A stretch of DNA of 64,000 nucleotides from Octopus sinensis. Its lineage: Eukaryota. Positions 1 through 14,554 of the stretch are shown here, piece after piece (the first letter of the stretch is position 1; the number at the start of each line of letters is the position of its first letter). The notes beneath the pieces were generated by a model. That model saw only the letters and a list, made by a program, of their open reading frames with translations. It was not told the origin of the DNA and made no database searches. The stretch spans positions 182,218,001-182,282,000 of the forward strand of contig NC_042997.1 of NCBI RefSeq assembly GCF_006345805.1, in the 5' to 3' direction. Made by a program: the position numbers and the translations under genes.

Positions 1-1846
1 TGGACTGAAAGTTTGATAAAAGAAATTTAACCTCTTTTCAAAGCACACAAGAACATTAGTATACATTAATATCTAAAATGTGCTCCTCCCTTGAATTATC
101 AGGTCAACAATGACACCTGATGACAAGCAGTGTGCTTGTCAGAGAATTTTCTCAGAAGAATACAAAGGTGGTTCCCTCACCTTATCTCCTCATTGCTTCT
201 TTCAGTTTTTATTACTAGACACAATTTTATAAGCAATAGTTAATTTTGCAAGGGAAGAGATAAAGAAAGAGTGAGTTATCAATCCCAGAACTTGATTGGC
301 CCTATTTATTGACCCCAAAATGCAAAGATGACTGTGATGAAATTCATACTCAGAGAGCTACAATAAATACTGCTGGGCATTCTATCTAACATTGTAATAA
401 CTCAACCAAATTACTGTTTTCTGTAAAATGTGCCATACAAGAAAAGCTTCTGAAGTAGTGGCATAATTGATGTTAATTCTTGACAAGAATAGGAAATTTG
501 TGAGAGAATTCACAGACAATGTTGAGTTGCAGCATGTGTAATGATAAGTGATGAAGATGTTTGTGCATGTAGAGGTGGGAGATGAACTTATGCAGCAACA
601 AGATTTGCCTTTTGACCTTGTATGCTTGCAGGTTTTCAGATTTGAAAAGATCTAGTGAAAATGGAATATCAAGTACGAACTATTAAGATGAATAATATGC
701 AGTATATTTGAGTGAAAGGAATTTTTTTTTCTGTAGTTAATCGGAAGAGGAGGATCTCCCAGGCTAATGGAATCAATTCAGTTGATGTTTAGTTTGAACC
801 TCTGTAGGTCAATATCTGCAGAAAAAGATTTTAACAGGAAGGCAAATCCTAGAAGGATATAAGCACTGTTAAAGAATGGCTAGACATAATACTGAGTGCA
901 AGATCCTGGGGTGTTAGTGAAACTCAGTAGGGGTGATAAGCTGAGGTTTATTAAGTGATCCTGTGCAGTGGAGGTATGCATATTGTAGTAATATTCTAGT
1001 ACAGAGGAGAAGAAAAAGCTATTGCCATAGCATTAGAGGATGCAGCAGAAATAATAATAATATTTGTAGGTGAGTGGTTATAACATGAGTTAATAGATCT
1101 TTGCTAATCTTCCAAATTACCATTTTTGAGATACAGTTCAAGATGTGGCTCTAAGAGGGCACCAATCAATTAGATCAACCCCAGTATTGACCCCAACCTT
1201 GGCGGACTTTGATCTCAGAACATGAAGACAGACAAAATATTGCTAAGCATTTTTCCCAGCTTGCCGCCTTTGGAAGTATAAATTATTGTAATAGCTATGA
1301 GAATGAGAAGACTGAATGAGCATCCATGATATCCATAAAACCAGGGAAGATGAAGGGTTTTGTAAGAATGTCCTATTGGCTGGTGAATTTGGAAAAGGTA
1401 GAAAAATGTCTCCATTGTTTTAGTTAAATGAAAGCTTCATACATTTCAAACACCAGCTTGAAAATATAAAGATTAGATAATTGATTAAATCCCTCAAGAT
1501 TCTTGATTATTTCAAAATTAATTGAACACACAAACTGTATATTTCTTTAGAAATATGGTTTTGAATGAGTTAAGTGCCACTTCAAAAAAGTGCTTATGAG
1601 AATCCAATATCACTAGATAAAATTGTGAAAAGAATTTTAAAAAGGTGTTAACAGTAACTATTCTTTTTAAGTATTTCATTTATAAGATTCAGCCTCATTC
1701 TATATTTTCATAAATTGAAAATCCTTTTGGTTTTTGGTTTTTTTATAGTATTTCCCTATTTAATTATGCATTAAAATGTCTAAGATTCATTTCTCTCTTT
1801 TACTTTTTTTACTGTATTTCATGCTTTTTTAAATTTTATTTTGTAG

Positions 1847-1971
1847 TCTGCGGTGATATTCATGGACAGTTTTATGACTTAATGAAGTTATTTGAAGTTG
1901 GAGGACCACCAGCTACAACGCGTTACCTCTTTTTAGGAGACTATGTTGACAGAGGATATTTTAGCATAGAG
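1847..1971 (+). CDS. PPP3CA: Calcineurin A catalytic subunit, first visible exon: (V)[41 protein letters not shown]
   Basis: ttgtag|TCTGCGGTGATATTCATGGACAG...ATAGAG|gtatgt; 125 nt. Contains the PPP-family GDxHGQ and GDYVDRG metal-binding motifs and is near-identical to animal calcineurin A. The symbol denotes the invertebrate calcineurin A homologue, not a resolved vertebrate paralogue. Confidence 0.97.
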
Positions 1972-4900
1972 GTATGTCTCACCTTATTTTTATTGTGTAA
2001 TCAAATTAGTCAATATGATGCAACTTTTTGTTTTACTTACATAATTTTAGTAAATGTATTCTCAAGAGAATGCCAGTTGTTCAACTATTTATTTTGCAGC
2101 AAATTTTTTTTTTAATATCTATTTTATAAAATAAGAAAATTTATAGTATTTTGTGAAGTATGTCTGCATTTAAAAAAAGATTTATTTCTTATGAAATGTT
2201 TACCATCATCATTTTACAACCAATTTTCTTGCTCACTTGGATTAGACAGGTTATTATGACTCTAATCAGTTCTTATTTGGAGTTACTGCACTTCTAGATG
2301 GGTTGAAGACTATGCCTTGCTCTTAAGTTCCATTTTGGCATCATCTCTACAACTGGATGCTCTTCTTAACACCAGTCACTCTACAGAGTGCATTGGATGA
2401 ATGTTATAACATCACTAGAGAGGTTGTTTTGTCCTCGGAATATTAAAGACACCTCTCAACTGTACATTGTTGCAATTTATTTGCCAACAATTTGCACCAG
2501 TACTACTGAGGTTGCCTTGTACTGTGCAAGACTAAAATATCCTCACTACTCTGTTATCTCTGTTTGTTCGTGGTGATTAACTAAGAGTGTGATGAGAGAA
2601 AAGGAACAATGAAAGAGGAAAGAGTATAATATGAGAAGCAGTGTTTGGAGCAACATGGTAAAGGAGGAAGTAATAAAAAAGAGAGAGAGTGATGACAGCT
2701 ATATGATTCTTGCTAAGAGAGAGAGAGAGAGAGCCGATTGTTGAATAGTAATAGCGATGAGCAATAGCAAAAGAGAGTGATGATTAACAGTACATAAGGG
2801 TGATGTAGGTGTATGAAATATGGATAGATCTGATGCAATCCCTTATTACACAGGTGTCATGATGGGAGAGTAGTCATAAAGATGGCTGGAGAAATGGAAT
2901 TGAATAAGGATAGGTCCAATGCCATCCTTTATTCCACAGACTATATAATACAGTGAATAGAAGGGAGATTGAGTGCTATATTAAAGATTATCAAAGAGAA
3001 AGGTAGTAGATAGCGACTTAGCAGGAATATAATGGGTGAAAGAGCTAAATGTAAATATATTAGACTTCCTATCTTTCACCTCTTTACATTCTGAGGTCAA
3101 ATCTCACTGGGATCAACTTTGCCTTTCATCCCTCTTGGGTAAATAAATACTTGTCAGATATTGGGGTCAGTGGTATCAGCTAACCCTATTCCTTTCAAAT
3201 TTGTTGGCCTAGTGCCCAAATCAGAAATTATTATTGTTATCATTACCACCATCGTCATAGTTTGATATATTAAACACTGAACAAATTTTGGACTAAACAC
3301 ATTAAAAACAGAAAATGGAATCAATAGATGGAGATTTGGCTACAGTGAAGCTGACGTCCAGTTCTCTCTTGTTTTGATAAAAACATGTTATAGAAAAAAG
3401 TGATGAAAATTACAAGAGGCCCCACAATACACATGAATTATTAATTTCTATACATTTGTATTGTTGCAGTTAGCACTATACCATTTAATGTCAGATTTAG
3501 GCAAAGATATACTTATTGTTTGTACATGCATTTGTGTTCATATACATTTATACTTCAGTGTATACATAGAACCATACATATATGCATGCATACTAACATA
3601 CATATATGGACACAAACACATTCTAGTATGCACACATACTATCATTCCCGTGCATCCATATCAAGAACTCATATACAAATCCATGCTAACATGGAAACTA
3701 TTCACATGTGTACACCTAGTCACATTTATTTTTATGCATGCATGCCCTTAAGTATGAATACAAGCAGTTATACATACCAAAACATACACACACACACACT
3801 TCAATCTAGGCATGTTCATGATCTGAATGTGTGTGTCTCTCTCTCACACACATACACACACACACACACACTCACGAATATATGTATATTTAAATAAGCA
3901 TTCTATTTGCATACAACTCTCTAACTACGCAGATGAAGGGACTGCTACTTACATGTACATGCACACACATCTACACACACATACACAGATTTCTAAAGCA
4001 ATAAACAAACAGTAATCCAGTTCTTTTATTGTCCTTATGGGAAGCAGCCAGTAGATGTGTAATCTGATATATAAAAGCTGTTGAAAGTTAGAGTAATAGT
4101 TTTTAAGTAAAGGAATACTAGCTATATATTTAAGGTACTATGAAGGATTCTTATTTTGGTAAAAGTGTCAGAGACACCCTACTATCAAGCCCTACTATTC
4201 CATATATTACATATGGGTACGAGTGAGTGTGTGTATTGATAGATAGTCTCTTAATTACTACCACTGTTAAAAAACATTTTGTGTAGGTGTTTTGGCATGA
4301 AACCTCAAATTTATAAGCAAGAGGAATTTGGTATGTGTGACATCTATACTTTTCCTGGTAGCTTTAGTGATGCAAAGAATTCTGTTGCATGTATTTGGTG
4401 CAGTTAGTCTAGTTCATGCTTTGCTCACATTTTTTTTTCTGCAGATATTGATTTGCTAAAATTGATATCAGCCTTGCCTCTCTAGGAAGGCATGCAGTAG
4501 TGATGACCACTGTTCCTCTTTTGCTGACTAATAAAAAAAAATATGAAATATATCCAGTTTTACTGCACTATTACATCCACTGTTTGTGTTTATGAGAAAA
4601 ATATTATTAAGCTAGTGGAGTATCAGATAGGATACAATATCTGTGTTCTGATTTCAGATGCCACCAATCAGTAAGATAAGTAGTACTAGTCTTGTATAAG
4701 TACTTGTTTCTTGTAATTTATTATGAAAGAGCTGGCAGCTAGTTTATCTAAAACTTTATCAACCACAGTTGATACTTGAATGTATTTTATTATTAATCGC
4801 ACCTGATTTTGTTGACATTTTCAAGTTTTAAGTTCTTTCACCTTGAGATATATGATAGATGATACATCATTACCAATTTTTATCTATTTTATTCCCAAAT

Positions 4901-7900
4901 CATATTTTGAAGTGCTTTCTTTTGACTTTGTAGATAAGGTGCCAAAGTTCTGACTGATGGACAGCATACTGAACTCTTAGTTTTATTATCTTAATGTTTA
5001 ATTTCTGTAGTTTTTCAATCAGGTTGTTGCAAAACACTTGAATCACAACTTATAGTACTGCGAGATGTTCCTCAGCCAGTTATATGGTTTAAATTTTGAA
5101 AGGTATTTGCTATTACCATAATTATCTGTTATCTCTAAAGTCATTTATTTTACTGACTTCTAAGTGTTAAAAATCATGCATTATTGGAAATTGAGTAGAT
5201 ATAAAACCTAAATATCTAAGTTCTGTGTTGGTTGTTGTTGTGTACCATCAAGTAAGGCATATTATTTACCTCAGTTAACCTAGCTATAAAAAAAAAAGCT
5301 GCCACTTCCACTTAAGACTGAATCATTAAATCACTTGCCATGATGCTTCTAATTATTATATATCAGGTCTTCTCTTAATGTTTGATTATTTATTGAGAAG
5401 TGTGACTTTAAGTGCAATGGCATAAAGCAAAACCACTTTTACTATTCATACTTATTTTATGATTTAAGTATTGTCATACCTTAAAGGAGATACATCTCCA
5501 CAAAATATATAGTAGACATGGTGTACCTAAGTGTCAACTGTGAAATAAAAGAAGTTAGATTATTATTATCATTATTCATCATTGTTTATATGTTTGTAAT
5601 TGTTTATATACTTTTAAAATGATCCAAAGATTGTTCTATTACATAATTGCTTACTAAGCCTTGGTCTATAAAAGTAGAGAATCCAGAATCCAGGTCACCT
5701 CCAATCATAAGCTTGCCTGTAGCACTTGCTGAATGCTCTCATGCCGCATTGTTTATTGTGGTGTATTTATAGGATTATCATACAGTTTACAAATTTTTGT
5801 TTTAGTGTTTAGTTTTATTTTATTTCTCATCAATGTTATGATGATGATGATGATGTCTTAACAAAACATTACATGAAAACCTACTGTATTTATATTTGGT
5901 TACCTTTCTGTCATACTGGTTTGAAAAACACATATATATAAGCATTAAAAGCAAAACTTATGTGTGCTTGTGTTTGTGTGTGTATTCTCGCTTAAGTATT
6001 TTAACCATTTTACAATAACATCATCATCATCATTTTAATTAAAATATATGTTTATGTAACCTTTAAAACTATTAAATTGGTATAGATGAAATTTGATAAT
6101 TGTTTGTAAACCTGTCTTGATTAGTTGTTAGACATTGTGACTAGTAGCATAATCTTGTTCTATAATAACTGCCATTTCATGTTATTTGAACATCCATTAT
6201 GCCTAGACGAATGCATTATATCATTATATCTCATTTTCATAAGTAGTCTTTTTTTGCGTTTACTCTGAGTTCTGACTGCAATTAAGTGAAGACAAAGAAG
6301 GGTTAAATTTATTTTATCATTGCTGTTTAACCGGAGATCATTCCTGATTAAATCAAGAGCATTCCAGATTTAGGTATTATGTCTTTCTTGGTGAAGGGGT
6401 ATAAGGCATATGGGACTAGATTAGCTAAAGTTCCTTTTTTTTTTTTAAGACAAGAGTGCTATAATCTCAGGAAAATTTGGTTACTATTTCTCACTGGTTG
6501 AGCAACCATGTAGAGGTTTCTTGATGCTGTTGCCAAGAATGTAACACAGGTGAACCCAAAGAGATTCTTTGATGACATGATGGCATTAATGATAATAAAA
6601 TTCTCTTCAAGCAGTTATCAATGGCCAAAATCTCCATGGAACTTTCAAATCTGAGCCATTTCATATTGAAGCCATTCTACCACATAAACTTGAGTTGCAA
6701 CATTGAACTTTTATTGGGGAAACCACAACAACACAAAGTGTCATTACATGACCATGTCATTATAGGTATGAGTATGTGAAGGAAAGAAATTAGATAATGA
6801 AAGCTATGTGAAATCATGTCTAATTAGTATACTAATTGATTAATATAAAGAGGCAAATGGATCTCTTCTTCAGTAGAGTGATTAAAATCATACCATGATG
6901 TGAGAAAAGCAATAGAAACTAAGGTATCAGACTATTGACACACACACTCATTGGAGCAATAGTGTTAATTTTCTAATTTCTTTCATCAAGTAGGTTTGAT
7001 AAGAAGTACCATACCTAGCAGAAGGGCATACAGTGCATTTTAAAGTCACTCATACTCGCATTCACTCATTGCTCATTTGATAAAAAGATAACATTCATTA
7101 GCTAAAAATAATGCTTCTCCTTTTTATAAAAATCAAATGTTCCTTCCTAGAATTAAAGCTTCTTGAAATTTAAAGCTAGGCTCAACAAATTTCATATTGT
7201 CATTTTAAAATTTCTGCTCAAAATTACATTTTTTTAAAAACGATATTGTGTGTGTGAATTAACATAAATTAACAACCTGCAGCTGTTATTTGACTACAAT
7301 ATAAAAATTCAATAGTAACACTGGATTTAATTTGGCACACCTTCAAAGATAATATATGTTGTTTTTGCCTCCTCAGCACTTCATAGTTCTCAGTTTTGTG
7401 ATAGGTTTAATCTCATTTGTTACTGTAATGATCTGAATGTTTTTTAATAAACTTACTGATCATATAGTATACTAAAAGGCTTTCATTGAATATTTGATTT
7501 TAATCATTTGTTTTTAACGGTGCTCAAACATGACCACAGCTTTGAAGCTGAAACGATTTAAAGATATAAGGATTTAACTGGAACTAATCAAATGATAATG
7601 GACTTACTGGTAATAAAGTTAAAAACTGAAGAATATAAACTTTTGATTACTGTTTCAGTAATCATATTTGTGTTGAACAAAATTATGATTATACATTTCT
7701 TGAGACATTCAGGCTTTAATATGGATTTTCTAAAGCCTTAAACTATATTTTTAAAAATCCATGGTGCACCTAGATACCTCTTGCAACACACCTTTTGAGA
7801 ACCACTAAATTAAAGTGATAGTTTATTGACCACATAACTGTGAGTTCAGACCTTATTACAGTTATTCAATTATGGCCATTAACAATACATATATCTTTCC

Positions 7901-8984
7901 TTACTTCAATTTGTCTCTAGAAAACACATTCAACTATAGCTTCTCAGTTAAGTGAATAGCAGTATGATTGCTATCCAGTTGTAAAAACAATTCTCATACA
8001 TTCAAATTTGTGAGAACTATGTCAACCATTGTTGCAGTAAAAGAGAGGATGATACATCTGATCTTCTTCATGCCATGAAATTAAAGCTATACTGTAGCCC
8101 TTAAAAACAAACTCGTACCTGGAGCTTAGCAGCCAAAATCTTTAATCAGACAAACTCTAATATGATTATTTCTTTCATCAGTCCTCATTTCCTTGTGAAA
8201 ATTAATTATTTAACATGTTACTCAGTCAAGTTTCTGTAATTTTAAATCAAAACAGTTTCTCAATGTTTTAAGTTTCTTATAGTATTTGTAGTGATCAAAT
8301 TTATGAATAAATGTTGCTGCTACTGCTACACATATTGATTAATATTATCCATATCACCTGACTTCATTTTGCAGCAGTGTTTTCACATTATCATTGTTTG
8401 CTTTGCTTCCAACTGAAGCTAGTTCAAAATGACTTTGTTATAGCTTTAGAAAATAGAAAAAAAAAAGGAGAGCTTAGAAATATTTTTCTTATAAAGGGTT
8501 GAATAATTATTTCTAAATTAAGCATAATGCTACACATTTGTGAGGAAAGAACAGTTTATTAAATCAGCTCTAATACCTGACAATAGTTTATCAATTCTGG
8601 AAAGATGAATAATATCAATCTCGGTACATTCATTATTCATTATGCAATGTATCATAATTAAAGTATGTGGTATTTGTTTAGCAATCCTCTAATTCTACTA
8701 ATCCACTATCCTAAATCAGTTTAAACACAGTCAGTAATGAGAAACTAATCCAATGGTATGACAGAGGTAAAGTGTTTTACTTTGTAAATGAGTGAAATGT
8801 TGCAAACACATTGATCAAGAATTGTTACACATTAAATATGACATTCACTGCTCCTCTTCTGGGTGTATTGAAACCAACTGGATGCAGGAGCAGTTAATAG
8901 AAATGAGAAATAGAAACAATGAAAAGAAATTTTGCATTTTTAATTTCTACCAACAAAACATTCCTACACACTTTACTTTTCTAT

Positions 8985-9294
8985 TCAGTGATATGGCTCT
9001 GTGGTTAAAAAGTTCACTTTGTAATCATGTGCTTTCAAGTTCAATCCCACTGAATATTCAGCAAGTGCCTTCTGCTATAACCTTGAGTTCACCAATACAT
9101 TATGAGTAAAATTTGGTAGACAGAAACTATACAGATGCTCACTTTATATATATATATATAGGCATTAGGAAGGGCATCCAGCCGTAGAAACACTGCCAGA
9201 TCAGACTGGGCCTGATGCGGCCTTCCAGCTTCACAGACCCCAGTTGAACCGTCCAACCCATGCTAGCATGGAAAGCGGATGCTAAATGATGATG

Positions 9295-9296
<2 letters not shown>
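8985..9296 (+). mobile_element. Composite SINE: family A head + (TA)n + family C tail
   Basis: ATGGCTCTGTGGTTAAAA...GTTCAATCCCACTG head at 8985-9145, TA run, then GGCATTAGGAAGGGCATCCAGCCG...ATGATGATGAT. Confidence 0.7.
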
Positions 9297-9342
<46 letters not shown>

Positions 9343-9759
9343 GTCTCTCCAGATGTCTTCTCGTTAACTCTGCATGAGCAGCAATGACATTTGTTAATGT
9401 TATGACATTGGTGAGGTTGCCTACCAAGAAGACTAATCTTTAATTTATGAAAACAGAATTATTTACTAATGTTTCTAAATAATATCTCAAGCTATAACTT
9501 CTTAATATCTCAGCTTGAGAGACAAATGGCCAATCTGATAAAGTATCAAGCTGCTAACAAGTGAGACAAACTACTAAATCTTAGGATCATATACTCACTT
9601 CTGTTTGGTCTTGGACAAAACTCAATTCTGCCTCATGCACACCCACAAGCATCATGGAAGCCTACTAAAAAGCCTGAACATGCAATTGAAAGGGCCATCC
9701 TTGTCACACATTGTGTCATGCTAATTGTGTCTGAGAAATATGTCAAGGATACATTTCAG

Positions 9760-10350
9760 GCAAACTTCCAGTATTTCATGGAAACAAAGCTTACTTGCAT
9801 ACTTGGTGATTTGCAGGATGAAAAGGCTTTGTTTTGTGATCTATGAACTCGATTCATTGCAGCTTCTTAAAGAACTTATAGTCTAATATTTATATGCCTC
9901 AGCTTTTCTTGTTTGTAAGCTTACAATTTGAGGTTTGTAGGAAAACTTATGGGACTGCTTTTCCATATGATGTTCAGTTTTATCAAGGCAGATAAGACCA
10001 GGCTGAGTCTTACTTTTATCTCTTTTATTGAGCTGTCATCTTTGTTTCCAAATGGACTTGAAGTATCAAGATTGTTTGCTTCTTCAAGTCATTGTCCATT
10101 TAGCATAATGTTGGTTGCTAAGTTCTGGTTGTGGCTGTTGGTCAGAACTTGGCTTTTTTCTGAACTGGTCTCTGTTCAATATACTCCTTATAATTTTTCC
10201 AGTGTTTAGTGGTGATTTCCCAGTATTCTGCTTCACTGTCTCTCATTAAGTCAATGCCAAAGACTATTTTGAGATGTGAGAGTCTTTAATGGGCGAGTTC
10301 ATCATCATAGTGTTTATAACTTATTATTGTTCTAACTTGGCTCTGTAGAA
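9760..10350 (-). mobile_element. Decayed non-LTR retrotransposon fragment
   Basis: Codon-like composition with weak minus-strand peptide resemblance to LINE ORF2 segments; family not resolved. Confidence 0.35.
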
Positions 10351-12004
10351 TTGTGTAACACTTTAAGATGTTACAGATATCTGCTAAATTACCTATTTAA
10401 TTGTTCCATATTAGTTTTAGTATCTTCTCTCAGTCAAACACTTATGTAAAATAAATCATTTATCATTTCAGTGTACAGAGGAAGTTGTATAATTACTTAA
10501 AAATAGTATCAGAACTGTTTACTCTAGTTTGGTTAATTACTTACTAATGAACTTGGTTAAATAGTAGGAAATGCCATTTCAGTATTGCCTTTCTATTTAT
10601 GTCTCTCATCTTTCATAAGCTAATTTAAGGTGGCTACTGTATACTGTATATGTTTGGGTTAAAAAGTAACATACTGTCTTTAATCCCTAACTTAATGTGT
10701 GTCTGTATGTGTGATTGAATGACTGATTGTCTACTAATTTATTACTTTTCATCACCATATTTTTTTTATAGATAGAACTGTGTTATTCTATAAAAGACTT
10801 AACCAAGTTTATGAGAGAAATTTCAAGTTAACCTAGTCTCAGAAATTCTTTGTTCTGCCAGCCTAATATGTTAGTATAGCAGGTAGTACCTTTTTTTTTT
10901 AGTGCATACATTAAATTTCTTAACTAAAGATACAATGCTTTTATCTGGTTATAAGGCTAGGAACCAAGAATGTTACACTTTCTCTATTCAACTATTATAC
11001 TTGTGGGTATATATTATTTCATGCATATCATAAATATATGTGTATTTTATATGACTTTCTTTTCACTTGAAGCAATTCATCTGTTCATAGAATTCCTTGA
11101 TTCAAAGTTGTATGTTTTAAGTTATGTCTCTTTTTCTGATATATGAATGTAAATTCTTACATCTCAGTTGAGGTATTCAAGATACTTACCTGAACATCAT
11201 TTATACATAGTTTAACTCTTTCAATGAATGACAAGCATCTAACCAACCAAAAGTCATTGGAGAAATTGTAGCTTCTCTTATCAATAAATGTTTTCTTTTT
11301 TAAACACACATTATTATATCAATATAATTTTTTAATTACAGTTTAATATTATAATCTACTTGTATTCACTAAAATGTTCTATATTATATCATATATTGCA
11401 ACTTCCAAGGATTTTAAAGTGGTGAGGCCAATAACAAAATTGTACTGTTCTGTTTACTTTCAATCCCCTAAACAACAAAAATTATCTATTTAAATTTTTT
11501 CTCCATAGTCATTCTTTCTCTCTCTCTCTCAAGAATAAGAAGTTCAACTGCTAAATATATTTATTTTATGTCTTTCAGTTAACTAGTTATTGCCTTAATT
11601 GTATTAACCCCTCTACTTAGTCCAGTGCTCATTTTATCTATCTGTTTATCAAATTGATAAGTTGACCTAGTTTTAAATTTACCTCCTTTTAATGACATAT
11701 CTTCAAAGAAATAACAGGTTATCATTTACTGAATCCAGCATTTTGCTATTTCACAGTAGTCTAAACTAGTATGAGTTCTGCTACAGCTTCAACAAACCAA
11801 GAAAACAACTTTAGAAATGTCAAGTGATGTAATGAACTGAGCTGCTAAACTAAGAAAGTACTTCTGTAAACTAAACATAGTAAATGCTATATACATCAAG
11901 AAACTATGTGAAGTTAATTTTTGGAGTTTTTTTTAAATCAATCTTTGCATAGTAATCTATCCAAGGAAGATATTTCAAACTTTTCTGGTTTAATCATATG
12001 CATT

Positions 12005-12231
12005 GACATCATTGTACTTTCACTTTTCATGCTTGCATGGGTTGGACAAAATTTGTTGAGGCAGATTTTCCAGTCAGATGCCCTTCTTGTTGCCAACCTT
12101 CACCTGTTCCCAAGCAAGCTATTATTTCCCCATGGCCAACATGTTTCACAGAAGACTCGAAATGAAAGACACTGCTTCCATGATGGTGACATTCATTTAC
12201 AACTATCATGTGATGTCAAGGCAAGGAGACA

Positions 12232-12292
<61 letters not shown>

Positions 12293-12365
12293 AGGTTTTA
12301 GTCTGCTCAGGGCTAGAGTAGAAGATATTTGCCCAAGGTGCCATGCAGTGGGACTAAACCTGGAG
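12005..12365 (-). mobile_element. Composite SINE: family A head + (CA)n + family C tail
   Basis: CATGCTTGCATGGGTTGGAC...GATGCCCTTC tail, (CA)n at 12234-12286, then TAGTAGAAGA-like...GCCCAAGGTGCCATGCAGTGGGACT head. A similar copy lies at 14755-15190. Confidence 0.7.
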
Positions 12366-13112
12366 AAAATTGAAGGTTATGAAGTAAAAGATTTTGGCTA
12401 CAGTTTGAGAAGCAACAGGTCACATGCTTATTTGCCAACCTATTTTCATTGAATACAACTTGAAGGTGATCAAAACATCCTAACAGTTCTTAATGGCCTC
12501 ATTCTAAAAATATCCAATGAGTTTGCTGCTCAAGTACTTGTATTTCTCATCTTCTAAGTACATAAAATAAGCCAAGGAAGTTTTAGTGGATTAGTGAACA
12601 TTGTGTCCAGTAAATCTTATATAGGTTAACAGCAATAATATTTTTTTACTGAGAATAATATTGGACAGTTCTAACTATATGGAGGCTTAGAATTAAACTT
12701 TGTACTTGGTTCAGAGATGTTTCGTTGAGATATTACTCCTGTCATATTTGACTGACATTCGAGATGGCTGCTCATCTATATCTAAAAGAATGCATATTTT
12801 AGAATTTCTATGTGCATTCTATAAATGTGTTTGTGTTTATAAATATATATATAATGGTTGTGTGACAATGGAATTTGTTTTGTAACCAAATGGTTTTTCA
12901 CAAGTGCCTCCTTGGGCCAACCACTGCTTTGTGAGTGAAATTGGTAGGCAAAAACCATATGAAAGCCCATCATATGTAGATATGTGTATAAAGTTCACAG
13001 GTGATCTAAATGATTAGGTACACTAAGTAAGTGCTGTAACAAATTACTAGGGCTCCAAGGTTATAGCCAAGACGGTAGTTATGAAGCCATTGCAGATTTT
13101 TGATGCAGCAGA

Positions 13113-13257
13113 TATATAATTGTTAAAGAGGACAACAAACATTAAGGCAAAGATCTCAAGTTGTATGTAATATTATCATTGGAAAATAATAATATTGTAT
13201 GCGGACTTGAGATGTTTGCCTTGACTTAATGCTTGTTGTCCTCTTTAACAATTATAT
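13113..13257. mobile_element. MITE-like foldback element
   Basis: TATATAATTGTTAAAGAGGACAAC... pairs with ...GTTGTCCTCTTTAACAATTATATA; ~65-nt imperfect arms in a TA context. Confidence 0.7.
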
Positions 13258-13262
13258 ATATA

Positions 13263-13750
13263 TAGGGTGCAGTGGGTAAATTGTCACCATTTTATATTTT
13301 TAATTTCGTGCATGCGCATTGTTTGTTTTTGATTTTGTCAACTACACAGTATAGTAGGGTCAGTTGGGCATCATCTGTGAGAAAAACAGCACCATGACGC
13401 ACTTCACTCTGCCAGAAATTTGGAAATACTGTACTAGTTGGCATTTGTGCCAGAAACTCCAATACAAATATTTCAGAAGTGTTTGGGTGTCAATCTGAGG
13501 ACATGTACCAAGAATGATAAAAATCAAACATCCTGTCAACATCATAGTGTTTGGAGTGATCACTAGTGATGGCAATGTTATACCTCCATTCATCATCCCA
13601 CATGGTCTCACACTCAACATGGAGGCCAGCATCAAATGGCTGGAGGAGATAGTGCTGCTTGGGTCAAGAGGGTGGCTACTGAAAGACCCTATGTCTGATA
13701 ACAGGGCTCTGCACCATACCACACAAGCAGGAAAACCCAGTCATGTGTAT
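13263..13750 (+). mobile_element. Tc1/mariner-superfamily transposon fragment (internally deleted, maT/DD37D-like)
   Basis: ORF 13514 reads KIKHPVNIIVFGVITSDGNVIPPFIIPHGL..., and after a frameshift WVKRVATERPYV**QGSAPYHTSRKTQ (QQDxAPxH motif). The putative left end begins after a TA run. Confidence 0.8.
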
Positions 13751-14491
13751 TAGTGTACATTGTTTGAGGGTTTTGGTTAGAGAATATTATAAAAGTGAAA
13801 AGATTTTCTCTATTTTGGCTGTTTTCCATACTTTTTTAATCTATATGGTCATATATTTGCATTACAAAATATTTTTTAGTTGTTTTCACATTTTTTGATT
13901 TATTATTTATTTATATGTTAAATCGTCCAAAGGATGGGTGTGTTTGCTAGTATGTGTGTGTGTAGAAAAAGTTGTAACATTGCTTGCAGTATATGAAACT
14001 GTATAGTTGTGCTGCTTTTACACCAAAGTTACAACACAATCTCTGACCACCCAAAATTAATAGACTTAAATTAAGTAGCCTCAAGGATATATAAGTGACC
14101 TGTCAATAAGGATCAGAGCCTTCATAGTATCTAAATATAGTATCATATATTTAATGAAGAAGACAAAAAAGGGCTGTAACATTAGTTGTGGGATTTGAAT
14201 AAGCTTGAATGAAAGCTTATAGTGTATGTCTTTGTATGACACTGTTTGAACAAAACAATATCATGTTTACATTTCCTAATAACAATACATCCTGCACTTT
14301 CAAAGACCATTGGATTAAAAAGCCAGGTACCTTGAGACTAACTTATACCTTGAAAAACAGCTAAAGGTTACTGATAAAAGCATACAGCCAGAAAATATTG
14401 CTTCCATAAGCCTCTATCCAACCCATTCCAGCATGAAAAAAGAAAAAACGTAAAATGAAAATAAGGTCTGTTTGTGTGAAAATATTGTACG

Positions 14492-14497
<6 letters not shown>

Positions 14498-14552
<55 letters not shown>
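14498..14552. repeat. (TA)n microsatellite (representative of many)
   Basis: Pure TA run. Others at ~9295-9340, 15192-15225, 52960-53040, 59270-59298, 61940-61972 and 63240-63525; (CA)n at 3785-3870 and 12234-12286; (CAA)n at 58240-58286; (CT)n at 60460-60520. Confidence 0.95.

Positions 14553-14554
<2 letters not shown>

Noticed and set aside
440-1150. Purine-rich stretch resembling a minus-strand LINE 3' end (similar stretches at 2560-3050, 40800-41250, 47100-47600 and 51900-52100)
   Set aside because: Probably old retroelement debris, but too decayed to support a specific call.
3461-4015. ORFs rich in H/T/Y/I (also at 11921-12452, 14361-14688, 52415-53006 and 62975-63936)
   Set aside because: They are translations of CA/TA microsatellites or repeat arms and have no protein-like features.
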